Part shown: in pieces, positions 26,315-40,215 of the stretch | How the letters are laid out: every line of letters begins with the position of its first letter | How positions within the stretch are numbered: the first letter of the stretch is position 1 | Source: Octopus vulgaris | Lineage: Eukaryota | Length of the DNA stretch: 64,000 nt | Assembly: GCA_951406725.2 (NCBI GenBank) | Contig: OX597835.1 | Location: forward strand, 10,168,001-10,232,000 | Reading direction: 5' to 3' | Notes under the pieces: model-generated | What the model was told of the DNA's origin: nothing | Seen by the model: the letters and a program-made list of their open reading frames with translations, nothing else | The model's database searches: none | Program-made: the position numbers and the translations under genes

Positions 26315-26581
26315 CTAACACAAAACAGAACATTAACAGAAAATAATCCATCTTATTGACAAAAATAACAAAGTTATTGCTAAATAATATTCATTAAAAA
26401 ATGATGATGCACCTATATAGACAAATATATAGATATACAGATATATAGATAGCTCTCCTGTCTTTTAAAAAAACTTTATTCTTCTACTTTTACTACTTCC
26501 GCCTTTTAGAATGTGACCTCGTCTGTATCACTAGCGATTTTTCCCCCTGACTTCCCTTCTCGGGATCTTTCCTTCTCCTAT

Positions 26582-26616
26582 GTTTCCGACGAAGAGCTCT
26601 GCTCGAAACGTCAAAC
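26582..26616 (+). ncRNA. minimal hammerhead-like motif (core variant CCGACGA)
   Basis: GTTT CCGACGA A GAGC TCT GCTC GAAA CG TC^AAAC. Confidence 0.55.
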
Positions 26617-26714
26617 CCTCCTTCTTCCCTTCTTTCCTGAGGGTCCAATAATACTTTATTTGTTCCACGTCCTTGCGTTGTTGTTTTTTTGTTTTTGTTT
26701 TCTTGTTTGGATTA

Positions 26715-26772
<58 letters not shown>

Positions 26773-26933
26773 TAAACAAGTGGAAAAGAAAAAGGATTTC
26801 TGTGTCAATATGCTGAGAATAGACTTTAAATCGTCAATCACCACATTACAATATACATTCGCCATGAATATACGTCGTGCTGAAATCGAGGAAGGCAAGC
26901 TAACAGAATTTTTGAAGAAAAAAATTCGTTATT

Positions 26934-26988
26934 TCTATATTGAATCAATTTCGGGATTAATCCCACGGATTTTCCCCTCTTCAGTAGA
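26934..26988 (-). ncRNA. type I hammerhead motif on the FAHD2 sense strand (intronic)
   Basis: Minus strand reads TCTA CTGAAGA GGGG AAAATCCGTGGGATTAA TCCC GAAA TTG ATT CAA TA^TAGA; canonical core, 4-bp helix III, AUA site. Confidence 0.65.
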
Positions 26989-27266
26989 GAATACGACAAG
27001 AAATAAATGAAATACCTACAAGTACCCATATAATTGTTTAATGCTGGCCACTTTGATGACATTTTTGGGGAAAAAATTTTATCCTATATTAAAAGTAACT
27101 TTATTACCATTCACTTCGGGACTGGTAATCACTAAAAGTCGTGGTTCGTGACTTGCTAAAGGATTTTACATTTACATATAACCGGGGTACTTCTGTGTAC
27201 TCATGACACTTGCTTCTGCTTTTTTCCATGGGTGCTTGTAGGTATTGTCAACTTGCGGGTGGAGGA

Positions 27267-27303
<37 letters not shown>

Positions 27304-27549
27304 ACAAATACACACATGTACACACACACATACAATGGGCTTCTTTCAGTTTCCATCTACCAAATTCACTTACAAGGCTTGGCTTGACCTGGGGCTACAA
27401 TAGAAGACACTTTTGCCCAAGGTGCCACACAATGGAATTGAACCCAAGACGATATAGTTAAGAAGCAGGCTTCTTAACCACGTAGTCACCCTTGCATCTG
27501 TCATACTCATGACAACATATGTATAACAGTATGTTATATTTCTAATATT

Positions 27550-28366
27550 ACAAGGGTGGGGGCTACAAGGGTGGGGGTGCAAGGGAGGGGGGTGCAAGGG
27601 TGGGTGGTGCAAGGGTGGGTGCTGCAAGGGTGGGGGCTGCAAGGGTGGGTGCTGCAAGGGTGGGAGCTGCAAGGGTGGGAGCTGCAAGGGTGGGGGCTGC
27701 AAGGGTGGGTGCTGCAAGGGTGGGTGCTGCAAGGGTGGGGGTGCAAGGTTGGGTGCTGCAAGGGTGGGAGCTGCAAGGGTGGGAGCTGCAAGGGTGGGGG
27801 CTGCAAGGGTGAGAGGCTACAAGGGTGGGGCTACAAGGGTGGGGGCTGCAAGGGTGGGGGCTGCAAGGGTGGGAGCTGCAAGGGTGGGGGCTGAAAGGGA
27901 GGGGGCTGCAAGGGTAGGGCTGAAAGGGTGGGGGCTACAAGGGAGGGGGCTGCAAGGGTGGGGGATGCAAGAGTGGGAGCTGCAAGGGAGGGGGCTGCAA
28001 GGGTGGGGGCTGTAAGGGTGGATGCTGCAAGGGTGGGGGCTGCAAGGGTGGGGGCTGCAAGGGTGGGGACTGCAGGGGGGGGTGCAAGGGTGGCGGTGCA
28101 AGGGTGGGGGTTCTGCAAAGGTGGGGCTGAAAGGGTGGGGGCTACAAGGGAGGGGGCTGCAAGGGTGGGGGCTTCAAGGGTGGGAGCTGCAAGGGTAGGG
28201 GAGCAAGGGTGGGGGTGCAAGGGTGGGGGCTGCAAGGGCGGGGTCTGCAAGGGCGGGGTCTGCAAGGGCGGGGTCTGCAAGGGCGGGGTCTGCAAGGGCG
28301 GGGTCTGCAAGGGCGGGGTCTGCAAGGGCGGGGTCTGCAAGGGCGGGGTCTGCAAGGGCGGGGGGG
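27550..28366 (+). repeat. G-rich 15-bp minisatellite (TGCAAGGGTGGGGGC)n
   Basis: About 55 degenerate units; the last ~9 are homogenised to TGCAAGGGCGGGGTC. Confidence 0.95.
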
Positions 28367-29607
28367 CATCACGAAAAGCCTGGTTGGAGGCCCAACATTC
28401 CGAGTTCTTTTACAGAACTTAGAATAACTGAAAGACTGTTGCAATAACTGTGTAAGTCTGTTTGTTATATTTCTCTGATTCCGTTCTGTTCTGACTTGGT
28501 ATCGAACTCAGTTTGGTGACTTTTGCCTTGTTTAGTAAATGTTTTTTTGTATTTTGTTAATTTGTACAAATAATAGTTCTTCTAATCTGCATACTGCTTT
28601 GTTTTGCACGTGGATTTTGGGGTTCTGCTTTAATCAACATGTATTTTTTAGTATATATCGCTCACAAAGGCAGCGAGCTGGCAGAACTGTTAGCACACCG
28701 GGCGAAATGCTAGCCATTACGTTCTGGGTTCAAATTCCGCCGAGGTCGACTTTGCCTTTCATCCTCTCGGGATCGATAAATTAAGTACCAGTTACGCACT
28801 GGGGTCGATGTAATCGTCTTAATCCCTTTGTCTGTCCTTGTTTGTCCCCTCTGTGTTTAGCCCCTTGTGGGTAGCAACGAAACATATATTGCTCACATAT
28901 TCACTCCATTATGGGTTAACTGGGTGGAGGCGCGTGGCTTAGTGGTTATGGTGTCAGCATCATGATCGTAAGATTGTGGTTTCGATTCCTGGACCGGGCG
29001 ATGCGTTGTGTTCTTGAGCAAAACGCTTCATTTCACGTTGCTCCAATCCACTCAGCTGGCAAAATTGAGTAACGCTGCGATGGACTGGCGACCCGTCCAG
29101 CTGGGGAACACATAGAAACCGGGAAACGGGGCCCATGATCCTGGCTAGGCTTTTAAAAGGGCGCATTTTAATTTTTTTTAATGGGTTAACTGGCAAACAG
29201 GTTGGTTGGCATTCGAAGTTGTTGCATTCCAGTAAATTGATAATTCTGTATTGAAACAGAACACTGTTGAATAAACTCATAATTAACCGATTCTCTTGTA
29301 TTTTCTTTTACCCAAAGCCAGGAACTTTCAAGCGCTGCCTCATATAGGCATTCCATTATGTGTACAACATAACAACAATGGAAACTACTCTTCATGATCT
29401 CCTCCTCCAGAGCTACGGAAAGCATAGCATTTTAAAAGATAAGATAGGATAAATAAAAGCAAAGTAAAGAAAATAAATTTTAGAAATAGCTGAAAAACCT
29501 TCCACGGATAATTACAATTTAATAGATGGAAAATTCTATGAAAAAAAATAAACAGCAATCAAAAGACAATTGCACTGCAAGAAAATATTCCAAGACTAAA
29601 TACCAAC

Positions 29608-29716
29608 CGAGATATGAAGACAATTAGTTTCTCCACACTGTGTACAAGCATTGAAATATTACTATTCTGCTTTGGTACTCCATTCACTCGGCATCGAATT
29701 CCAAGGTTTCCTATAT
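29608..29716 (-). CDS. FAHD2: FAHD2-like exon ((D)IGNLGIRCRVNGVPKQNSNISMLVHSVEKLIVFIS(R))
   Basis: Acceptor ttgttcttcAG, donor GTTGGT; phase 1 in and phase 2 out fit the flanking exons; CRVNG..Q..N motif. Confidence 0.9.
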
Positions 29717-29979
29717 CTGAAGAACAAAGCAATTCCATATAAAATTATTACATTATCGTTTCTTTCCTTATCCTCTCACTCTCGCTCTTTCTCTCTTTCT
29801 ATCTCTCTATCTCTCTTTCTTTCCATATCCTTGTAAATGCATATGCACACACACACACATACAAAAGATAAAAGATATATATGCAAATTTGTATGTATAT
29901 ATGTGTGTGGGAACATCCATATATACAAATAGATATATGTGTATGTATGTGTATATACATGTATGTGTGTGTGTGTGTG

Positions 29980-30035
<56 letters not shown>

Positions 30036-30260
30036 AAGAGAGAGAGAGAGAGAGAGTAAGAGAGAGAGAGAGATAAAGTATATATAAATATTTATATGCA
30101 TATTATAATATATGTATATTATATATACATATATGTATATTGCACACACATGCATATATAAAAGATATATATTTATGTATGTGTCTGTATATATATACAT
30201 GTGTGTTTGTGTGTGTATGTGCATGAAAATCCATAAATACATATGCAATTGTGCACATAC

Positions 30261-30310
<50 letters not shown>

Positions 30311-30656
30311 TTGTATATATAAATATATATATGCATATTACAAGATATGTATATTGCACACACATACACATACACACGCACACACACACACAATTGTATA
30401 TACATATGTATACACAGCCAACAACTAGGTTAACAAATTTAATGCTCTTCATTCTCTTTTGGCTAATTATTATGAATTGTGGTGGTGGTGGTGGTGGTGG
30501 TGGTGGTGGTGGTGGTGATGATGATGGTTGAAGAATCGCAAAATAACTATAGCGGAAAAATGGAGGTATTATTGATGCTAGTGAAAGTGATACCAAACTT
30601 TAATGATAACGATAAGAGCACAATTAATAATAATAATAATAATGATGATGATAAAT

Positions 30657-30687
<31 letters not shown>

Positions 30688-31116
30688 TAATAATAATAAT
30701 AATAATGATAATAATAATAATAATAATTTGAATAATAATAATAATGATAATAATAATAATAATAATTTGAATAATAATAATAATAATATAAAGAAGAAGA
30801 AGAAGCAGAACAACAACAACAACAATAATGATAATGACAACAACAACATCAATAATTATGGTGATGGTGATGATGTTAACACTTAATGAAAATTGGTAAA
30901 AGTTGTGACAATATGAAAATGGCAATAACAGCTATAAATGGAAATAGTAATTAATAATGTGGTGAAATATCATTTATAAGTTGTTAAATAGAAATTGTAA
31001 TGAGATGCAAACACTATGTCATGTCAAAGATATTAGGAAATAATCTAACTAAATGACTCTCACATATGTTTAAACACTAACATTGCTTTTCATTTGTTTA
31101 TATTCCAGAAGGAATA

Positions 31117-32143
31117 TGTTCATGCATGATTGCTGTAAATGAGTGTCACTGTCATACAAGCAGTGTTGTTCATTTCTGTGAGATAATCTGTGAGAACATA
31201 TCTGGTTGTGGGGAATTATTACTTTGCTTAGAAACAGGTGAGGGTCTGCAACAGGAAGGGCACCCTGCTGTAGAAAATCTACCTCACTAGACTCTCTTTA
31301 ACCAATGCAAGCATGGAAAAGTGGGCATTAAAAGGATAATGATGATGATGTGTGTGCATATGTATCTTTGAAACTGACAGAAGTGTTGGAGTAGTTTTGG
31401 AGGAGTTTTATCTTCTTTTTTGTAGTTTGTATTTCTTGTGAAACTTATTTGCTGTTTTCTTTTTTCTTTTTTTTTTGTAGTTTCCATAAAGCAGGCATGT
31501 TCTGTTACAGTGGCATGTCTTTGCAGCTGTGTTGCGTGTTCCTTTGGAAGTTACTATTTACTGATTGCATACGTTTTTAAGTGCAGATGTAGTTAACTTT
31601 TACATTGTTTTTATTTACTTAGCGGTTCGGCAAAAGAGACCGATAGAATAAGTACTGGGCTTACAAAGAATAAGTCCCGGGGTCGATTTGCTCGACTAAA
31701 GGCGGTGCTCCAGCATGGCCGCAGTCAAATGACTGAAACAAGTAAAAGAGAAAAGAGAAAGAGAGAATAGTTTGTGGTATTTATGCTCTGTTGGGAAGTG
31801 TTTGTTGATTAATACTAAAAATAAGAGTGTTATATTTGTTATATTTAAACTGAAAAGTAGGTTTAGACTGAAAGGTAGGGTGGTGTATCTTTGGAACACA
31901 AATACACACATCATCATCATCATTATCCTTTTAATTCCCACTTTTCCATGCTTGCATTGAGTTAAAGAGTCTAGTGAGGTAGATTTTCTACAGCTAGGTG
32001 CCCTTCCTGTTGCAGACCCTCACCTGTTTCTAAGGAAGGTAATAATTCCCCACAACCAGACATGTTCTCACAGATTATCTCACAGAAATGAACAACACTG
32101 CTTGTATGACAGTGGCACTCATTTACAGCAATCATACATGAAC
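31117..32143. repeat. inverted duplication of an RTE-tailed SINE 3' part (arms ~31117-31356 and ~31905-32143)
   Basis: Arms are reverse complements sharing idiosyncratic stretches such as CATTTCTGTGAGATAATCTGTGAGAACAT and TAAAAGGATAATGATG. Confidence 0.8.
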
Positions 32144-32216
32144 ATGAACATAGACACACACTCACAGACACATACATATATATAGTGATCTGTACATGTA
32201 CATGTATGTATGTAAG

Positions 32217-32291
<75 letters not shown>

Positions 32292-32367
32292 ATGTATATA
32301 TATATATATATATATGTGCATGTGTATATATATATGTGCATTTGTATATTTATATATATATATATAT

Positions 32368-32508
32368 GTACATTTGCCATTTAAATATGGCTAACCCCTA
32401 AGGGTGGCTGCTACTGTAGTTTGTAGCCCCAGGAGGACACCCTTAGGGGCTACAAACTACAGTAGCATCCACCCTTAGGGGTTAGCCATATTTAAATGGC
32501 AAATGTAC
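32368..32508. repeat. near-perfect hairpin with 63-bp arms
   Basis: GTACATTTGCCATTTAAATATGGCTAACCCCTAAGGGTGG..GTAGCCCC / GGGGCTAC..CCACCCTTAGGGGTTAGCCATATTTAAATGGCAAATGTAC. Confidence 0.9.
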
Positions 32509-33008
32509 GTCACGATGTGTTGTAGATACTGTTTATAACTCGCTCTAAGATTTATTATTGATTATATATATATATGAATGTATATGTATGTATATATACA
32601 TGTGTGTATATTATGTATACAATAGGCTTCAGTTTCTGCCTGCGAAAGCCACTCACAAGACTTTATCCAGCCCAGAACTATAGCAGAAGTCTTTTGCCCA
32701 AGGTGCCATGTGGCATGACTGAATCTGGAACCTTATGGTTGAGAAGTAATTTTGTCACCATATTGTCTCCCCATATTTTTAAATCCTTAAATCTTGAACA
32801 AAAAAAAGAACCAAGGCAGCAAAGCTTCCTACCAATAATCATTCAACCATGATTCATAATCGCTGAATGAAATCCAGTGCTTGAACACTCCCGGATTTTT
32901 CCCATGGAAAAATTTCCATCAAATGAAAAATTAAAAGACTTTAGCAAAAAAAATGAATAAACATTTATAAACATTTTTAATGAGATTAACAAAGAAACTC
33001 AACAAATA

Positions 33009-33170
33009 GGCGCAGGAGTGGCTGTGTGGTAAGTAGCTTGCTAACCAACCACATGGCTCCGGGTTCAGTCCCACTACGTGGCATCTTGGGCAAGTGTCTT
33101 CTGCTATAGCCCCGGGCCGACCAATGCCTTGTGAGTGGATTTGGTAGACGGAAACTGAAAGAAGACCGTC

Positions 33171-33230
<60 letters not shown>

Positions 33231-33475
33231 ATATTAGTGTGTGTGTGTTTGTGTGTATGTGTTTGTGTGTCTGTGTTTGTCCCCCTAGCATTGCTTGACA
33301 ACCGATGCTGGTGTGTTTACGTTCCCGTCACTTAGCTGTTCGGCAAAAGAGACCGATAGAATAAGTACTGGGCTTACAAAGAATAAGTCCCGGGGTCGAT
33401 TTGCTCGACAAAAGGCGGTGCTCCAGCATGGCCGCATTCAAATGACTGAAACAAGTAAAAGAGTAAAAGAGTAAA
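33009..33475 (+). mobile_element. intact SINE family A copy
   Basis: tRNA-like head, CTTGGGCAAGTGTCTT core, internal (TA)n(TG)n, (GTAAAAGA)n tail. Confidence 0.88.
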
Positions 33476-33663
33476 TAAACAGCGTTTTAATAACACTGTC
33501 AACTCTGCCATTAGAAATAAAACAACAGAATGAAATACAGAGCACTCAGATATGGCCCTCACCAACGAAAATAAAAAAATTAGGCCAAGATAAGGAAAAC
33601 CAATGAAGAGACAGAAAAAGAACCCAGTTGATTAATGAACAAAAGGAAAACAGAAAAATATTT

Positions 33664-34125
33664 AAGAAATACTAAATTTCTAAATCTCTCGTAGAGACAT
33701 GTACGGTGGTGGGGCGATAGAATGGTTGTATACTGTCAATCTAACACGAACGTGACAGTAGTGGGGTACACCACCGCTGTATAGCCCTAGGAAGCATCGA
33801 CGCCTCCTGATGGCTTTGACACATTTTTCCCCTGTGTCCTTATATACATTTACGAAGGGGAGACAAACACCCCCAGCCGCCGGAGCTGCATCTAGGGACA
33901 CGTATCTGCTACTCTAGGCCGATGAAGGACAATGATCCTGAAACACGTGTCCCTATATGCAGCTCCGGCGGCCGGGGGTGTTTGTCTCCCCTTCGTAAAT
34001 GTATATAAGGACACAGGGGAAAAATGTGTCAAAGCCATCAGGAGGCGTCGATGCTTCCTAGGGCTATACAGCGGTGGTGTACCCGCCCCTACTGTCACGT
34101 TCGTGTTAGATTGACAGTATACAAC
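33664..34125. mobile_element. TSD-flanked foldback element (~180-bp arms) with a hammerhead at the fold; probably Penelope-like pLTR-derived
   Basis: Arms 33723-33903 and 33945-34127; identical 13-bp CAGAAAAATATTT at 33651-33663 and 34126-34138; further copies at 42294-42644 and 43396-43631. Confidence 0.75.
33915..33955 (+). ncRNA. type I hammerhead motif (core variant CCGAUGA)
   Basis: TAGG CCGATGA AGGA CAATGA TCCT GAAA CACGTG TC^CCTA; palindromic ACACGTGT helix III, site after 33951. Confidence 0.65.
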
Positions 34126-34612
34126 CAGAAAAATATTTGAATCCCTTTAACGAAATGACAAAATACCGTAACTCATGATTAAGACATTGCACGGGAGAAG
34201 TCTTACCTAACCATGTAGGAATGGGAATAAAATGAAAGTAGAAGTTTTGGCTGGGATGAAGGATGGTCTTTGGATGACATGTAGCAGTGGTGGTGGGGAG
34301 TGGGGAGTGGGTCTCTTGTACATTATTTCCATGTTAAGTCTCTATCTCCTGCTTTCATCACCTTCATTACCTTCTCGTTAAACACCTGTCTTCTCTCTTA
34401 TCCGCTCTGCCATGACTATGAATAATTCTTTTAATTTTGGTTATATCATTATTTTTTTCTCGTTTGTCTTTTACTTGTTTCAGGCATTAGATTGTGGCCA
34501 TGCTGGAGCAGCAACTTGAAGACTTTTTAGTTGAATGAATCAAAGTCCAGTACTTTTTTTTTCTTAACTTTTTCTGCCTGCAACTTATTCTATTGGTCTC
34601 TTTTGCTGAACT

Positions 34613-34665
<53 letters not shown>

Positions 34666-34781
34666 ATCTCTCTCTCTCTATCTATCTCTCTCTCTATCTA
34701 TCTCTCTCTCTCTCTCTATCTATCTATCTCTCTCTATATATCTATCTATATCTATCTACCTATCTCTCTCTATCTATCTAC

Positions 34782-34827
<46 letters not shown>

Positions 34828-34838
34828 CTATCTCTATC

Positions 34839-34873
<35 letters not shown>

Positions 34874-36177
34874 ATCTTTCTTTCTTTCTCTGGCCAGGTA
34901 ACCTTGTACCTCCTTTACAACAAGACACCTGTTTCTCTCTCTCAGTCTCTCTGTCTCACTATAACCTTTCATCATCCAACACAAGATCTCCTCCTCCAAT
35001 GCCCCCTCCCCTCTCTAAAAGAGTTCTTTTTTTGTCCCGTAAGTACTTGGTGACCCCGTCAGTGCAGGTGCCTCTTAAAAGCACTCAGTCCACACTGTAA
35101 AGTGGTTGGTGATAGGAAGGGCATCCAGCTGTAAAACTCCTGCCAAAACAGTCACAGAAGTCTGGTGCAACTCTTGTCAAACCGTCCCACCCACGGGAGG
35201 CGGACATTAAGTGATGATGATAATGATGATGATGATGATGATGATGATAATGATGATGATGATGATGATGATGATAATGATGATGATGATGATGACGATG
35301 ACGACGATGACGACGACGACGATGATGATATATGTATGGGGGGAGATGTATATTTTTCTCTCTTCATTTTTGTTTTTGTTCTATCTCCGTTTTTTTTCCC
35401 TCTTAATCCCTTCTCTCGAAGACCATAGGCTAGAAACGTCAAACAGTTTTCCATTCTTTCCAAGCATCAAACTAGTATAACTATTTCTTTATTACCCACA
35501 AGGGGTTAAACACAGAGAGGGCAAACAAGGACAGACAAACGGATTAAGTCGATAACATCGACCCCAGTGCGTAACTGCTACTTAATTTATCGACCCCGCA
35601 AGGATGAAAGGCAAAGTCGACCTCGGTGGAATTTGAACTCAGAACGTAACGGCAGACGAAATACGGCTACGCGTTTCGCCCGGCGTTCTAACGTTTCTGC
35701 CCTGCTTGTTGTACTCTCACCCGTCTTTGTCTTTAATTTCTTGTTAATTTGAAGTATACATACATACATACATACATACACACATACATACATGCATGCA
35801 TACATATATACATACATGCATACATACACACATACATACATACATACATACATACATACATACATACATACATACATACATACATACATACATACATACA
35901 TACATACATACATACATACATACATGCATGCATACATACATACATGCATGCATGCATACATACATACAGACAGACAGCCACACACACACACACACACAAT
36001 TTTCATATTCTGTTATAATACGAACAATTTCGTATTACTCTGATGGGCTGCTCTGTACTTTAGTAGAGTACAAATCTATTATTCTTAAAACAAAAATGTT
36101 ATTGATAGTAACTTCCAAGGTTTTGGCAACCTAAGCCATTATGGAACATGCATACACAAACACACGTGTGTGCTTGT

Positions 36178-36222
<45 letters not shown>

Positions 36223-36325
36223 ACGGCTGTGTATATGTACATACATGCACACACACGCACACATATACATGTGTGTATATATATATGTATATATATATGT
36301 ATATATATATATATGTATATATATA

Positions 36326-36403
<78 letters not shown>

Positions 36404-36431
36404 GTATATATATTCATACAAACACACACAT

Positions 36432-36503
<72 letters not shown>

Positions 36504-38087
36504 ATTTATACACACATACATGTGCTTAAAGAGTGAGAGTTAATATGACAATGGAATATGAAAGGAAAAGCGATGTAACCATGAAGAATATGTTACACTT
36601 GAATCTAATGAATTTCCTCAAAGTAACAATGAATTAATATATGACTACATCACACCTTGAAGATGTGTCTTCTCTTGTGACCCCAGGCGATGAACGAATT
36701 TGGTAGATGGAAACTGTACGAAGCCCATCGTGTGTGTAAGTATGTACGATAGGTTATGTAATTTCAAATGTGTGTGTGTATGTGTGCCTGCTGCATCTGC
36801 CTATCCCCGTCCCCCATCGGTGACAATGTTTATGCCCTACATCAACAATATGTCCGGAAGCTCAGCGATCCCAAACCAGGAATACCTTATTTTTTTAACA
36901 GGGATAAGAGTCAGCATCAGGAAGTGCATCCAACCGTAGAAATACCCCAGACAGCTATGCTTAGATTTTTGCACTATAGAAGGAATTACAACCGTGTTTC
37001 GTGGTCTGCTACCACAACAGCTCCTTTATAGGATCCAGTTAGCTCAAGACATAATCAGGAGGAACCACGTCCTGTTTCGGCCCTTACTCCTCTACCGTTT
37101 TGACCTGGCGGGCCCCCACATCCTTTCGGAGGTGTCTTCAGCTCTGGTGTTGGGTGCATGTCTTCTTTCTTCTTCTTCTTTCTTCTGTTCCCTGGCCCCT
37201 TCAATGTATCTTATATTGGTTTCAAATTTTGGGCATAAGTCGACAGTTTTTGGAGAAATCAATTGTATGAACCTCAGAACTTGGTAGGTACTTATCTAAT
37301 CGACCCCGAAAGGATGAAAGACAAAGTTGATTTTGGCCGAATTTGAACTCAGAACCTAAAGACTTATGAAATGCTGTTAAGCAATTTTCCAGCGTGCTAA
37401 CGATTCAGCCAGATCGCCGCCTTAAATATATTAAATAATGGAATACGATTCATATAGGCTTATTAATGGATATTGGGTTCCTGGAATCTCTACGTTATCG
37501 ATTGTTCAATGTTTCAAAGGGTTTTAGTAGTCAATGGTCAGTGGATGGAGGGTTGCAAGCGTTAATATTAGAAAAAATATGCCGGAAAAAGAATTCCCTA
37601 AAGGAATTTTAAAATAAACGTAAGATCTAAGGGAAATAACTCTCATCAAACTATTTCATTCTTGTTGGTTACGAAAAGAGTTGTCTCCCCTGAAAATCTA
37701 ATTATATAAGTATTCTCCGTCCAGCATGTCCAAACGGTTAAAATTCTGCTTCGCAACTGAAAGAGGCAGAGTTCCGTCCCACCACCTACTATATGGGGCA
37801 AATGTCTTTTATTATTTTTCTGAATTAACCCGCAATTTTTAAGCGAAGTCAAGAAGACGGCAAGCTGCCAGAATCGTTGGCACACCAGGCAAATGCTTAA
37901 CGCTATTCCATCTATCTGTACATTCTGAGTTCCAATTTCGCCAAGATCGACTTTACCTTTCATTCTATCTGGGGTCAATAAATCAAGTACCAGTTAAATA
38001 CTAGGGAGGGGTCGATGCAACTGACTTAACACTTCACTAAAATTTCTGACCTTGTGCCAAAATTTGAAAGGATTATTATTATTATTA

Positions 38088-38133
<46 letters not shown>

Positions 38134-38135
38134 TA

Positions 38136-38184
<49 letters not shown>

Positions 38185-38186
38185 TA

Positions 38187-38289
<103 letters not shown>

Positions 38290-38297
38290 CATTATTA

Positions 38298-38355
<58 letters not shown>

Positions 38356-38399
38356 TATTGTTATTATTATTATTATTATCATTATTATTATTATTATTA

Positions 38400-38517
<118 letters not shown>

Positions 38518-38526
38518 CATTATTAT

Positions 38527-38584
<58 letters not shown>

Positions 38585-38586
38585 TA

Positions 38587-38641
<55 letters not shown>

Positions 38642-38643
38642 TA

Positions 38644-38680
<37 letters not shown>

Positions 38681-38700
38681 CATTATCATAGAAATTATTG

Positions 38701-38740
38701 TTATGCGTAGGATATGAGCAGTTCCCATGAGCATTATCTT
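38701..38740 (-). mobile_element. ~40-bp relic of the Dong/R4 ORF 3' end inside (AAT)n
   Basis: Minus strand AAGATAATGCTCATGGGAACTGCTCATATCCTACGCATAA matches 6627-6666 with 2 mismatches. Confidence 0.75.
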
Positions 38741-39082
38741 TATGAATTATCATGCCATTATTGGGGTTATTATTATCTGAGTTATTATTATCATTATTAT
38801 TATCAGTATTATTATTATGATTATTATTATTATTATTATGATAATTATCATTATGATAATTATTAAAGCCAGCGAGCTGGACAGAATCATTAGCATGCCA
38901 GGACAAATTCTTAATGGTATTTTGTCTGCCACTGTTACGTTCTGAGTTCAAATTCTGCCAGGGTCGACTTTGCCTTTCATCCTTTCGGTGTCAATTAAGC
39001 AAGTACCAGTATAGCACTGGGGTCAATGTAATCGACTTAACCCTTTCCCAAAATTTGAGGCCTTATGCTTCCAGTAGAAAAG

Positions 39083-39168
<86 letters not shown>

Positions 39169-39283
39169 CATTATTATTATTATCATTATTATTATCATTA
39201 TTATTATGATTATTATTATTATCATTATTATTATGATTATTATTATTATTATTATTATGATTATTATTATTATTATTATTATG

Positions 39284-39328
<45 letters not shown>

Positions 39329-39331
39329 TAC

Positions 39332-39494
39332 CAGCAATGTCTTCTTTCATAACAATGCATGGTCCCAAAGGACAAAACGTATCCATAGATTTCCCCAGAA
39401 GCCATTGTTGTCCATTCTTCTGCAGCTGCCAGTCTCGGGCGCTCACATCAAAGGCAACAGTGTAACCAAACACGTAAGACATTGCTTCTTTGAG
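39332..39494 (-). CDS. FAHD2: FAHD2-like exon ([54 protein letters not shown])
   Basis: Acceptor tttctgtttcAG, donor GTAAAT; DVSARDWQ and [11 protein letters not shown] motifs. Confidence 0.95.
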
Positions 39495-39575
39495 CTGAAA
39501 CAGAAATAAGGAATATCAAAGAATGAATACAAAAGAATTTGAAAACAAAGAAAGGAAGAAACACCACTCAAATGT

Positions 39576-40048
39576 CAAAGAATGATCAAAGATTGATCAA
39601 AGAATGATCAAAGAACAGTCAAAGATTGATCAAAGAATGATCAAAAAGCAGTCAAAGAATGATCAAAGCACAGTCAAAGATTGATCAAAGAATGATCAAA
39701 GAATGTTCAAAGATTGATCAAAGAATGATCAAAAAGCAGTCAAAGAATGATCAAAGAACAGTCAAAGATTGACCAAAGAATGATCAAAAAGCAGTCAAAG
39801 AATGATCAAAGCACAGTCAAAGATTGATCAAAGAATGATCAAAGAATGTTCAAAGATTGATCAAAGAATGATCAAAGAATGTTCAAAGATTGATCAAAGA
39901 ACAATCAAAGATTGATCAAAAAGCAGTCAAAGAATGTTCAAAGGTTGATCAAAGAACAATCAATGATTGATCAAAGAACAATCAAAGAACAATCAAAGAT
40001 TGATCAAAGAACAGTCAAAGAATGATCAAAGAATGTTCAAAGATTGAT
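39576..40048. repeat. 11-bp minisatellite (CAAAGAATGAT / CAAAGATTGAT / CAAAGAACAGT variants)
   Basis: About 43 units directly visible. Confidence 0.93.
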
Positions 40049-40215
40049 TGCCAGATCAGATTGGAGCCTGGTGCAGTCTCCTGGCTTGCCAGTCCTCAGT
40101 CAAACCGTCCAATCCATGCCAGCATGAAAAAGGGACGTTAAACGATGATGATGATGATGATGATACATATATATATATATAAAGCAAATAAGTAACAAGG
40201 ATGTCCAGGTATTAA

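Noticed and set aside
35410-35445. Degenerate copy of the GAGCGTAGGCTCGAAACG motif family
   Set aside because: Core and helix II are broken; relic only
37640-37850. Minus-strand TCWTENTYIIRFSG resembling the start of a Penelope GIY-YIG endonuclease
   Set aside because: The YIG motif is absent and the frame is broken; needs a profile search
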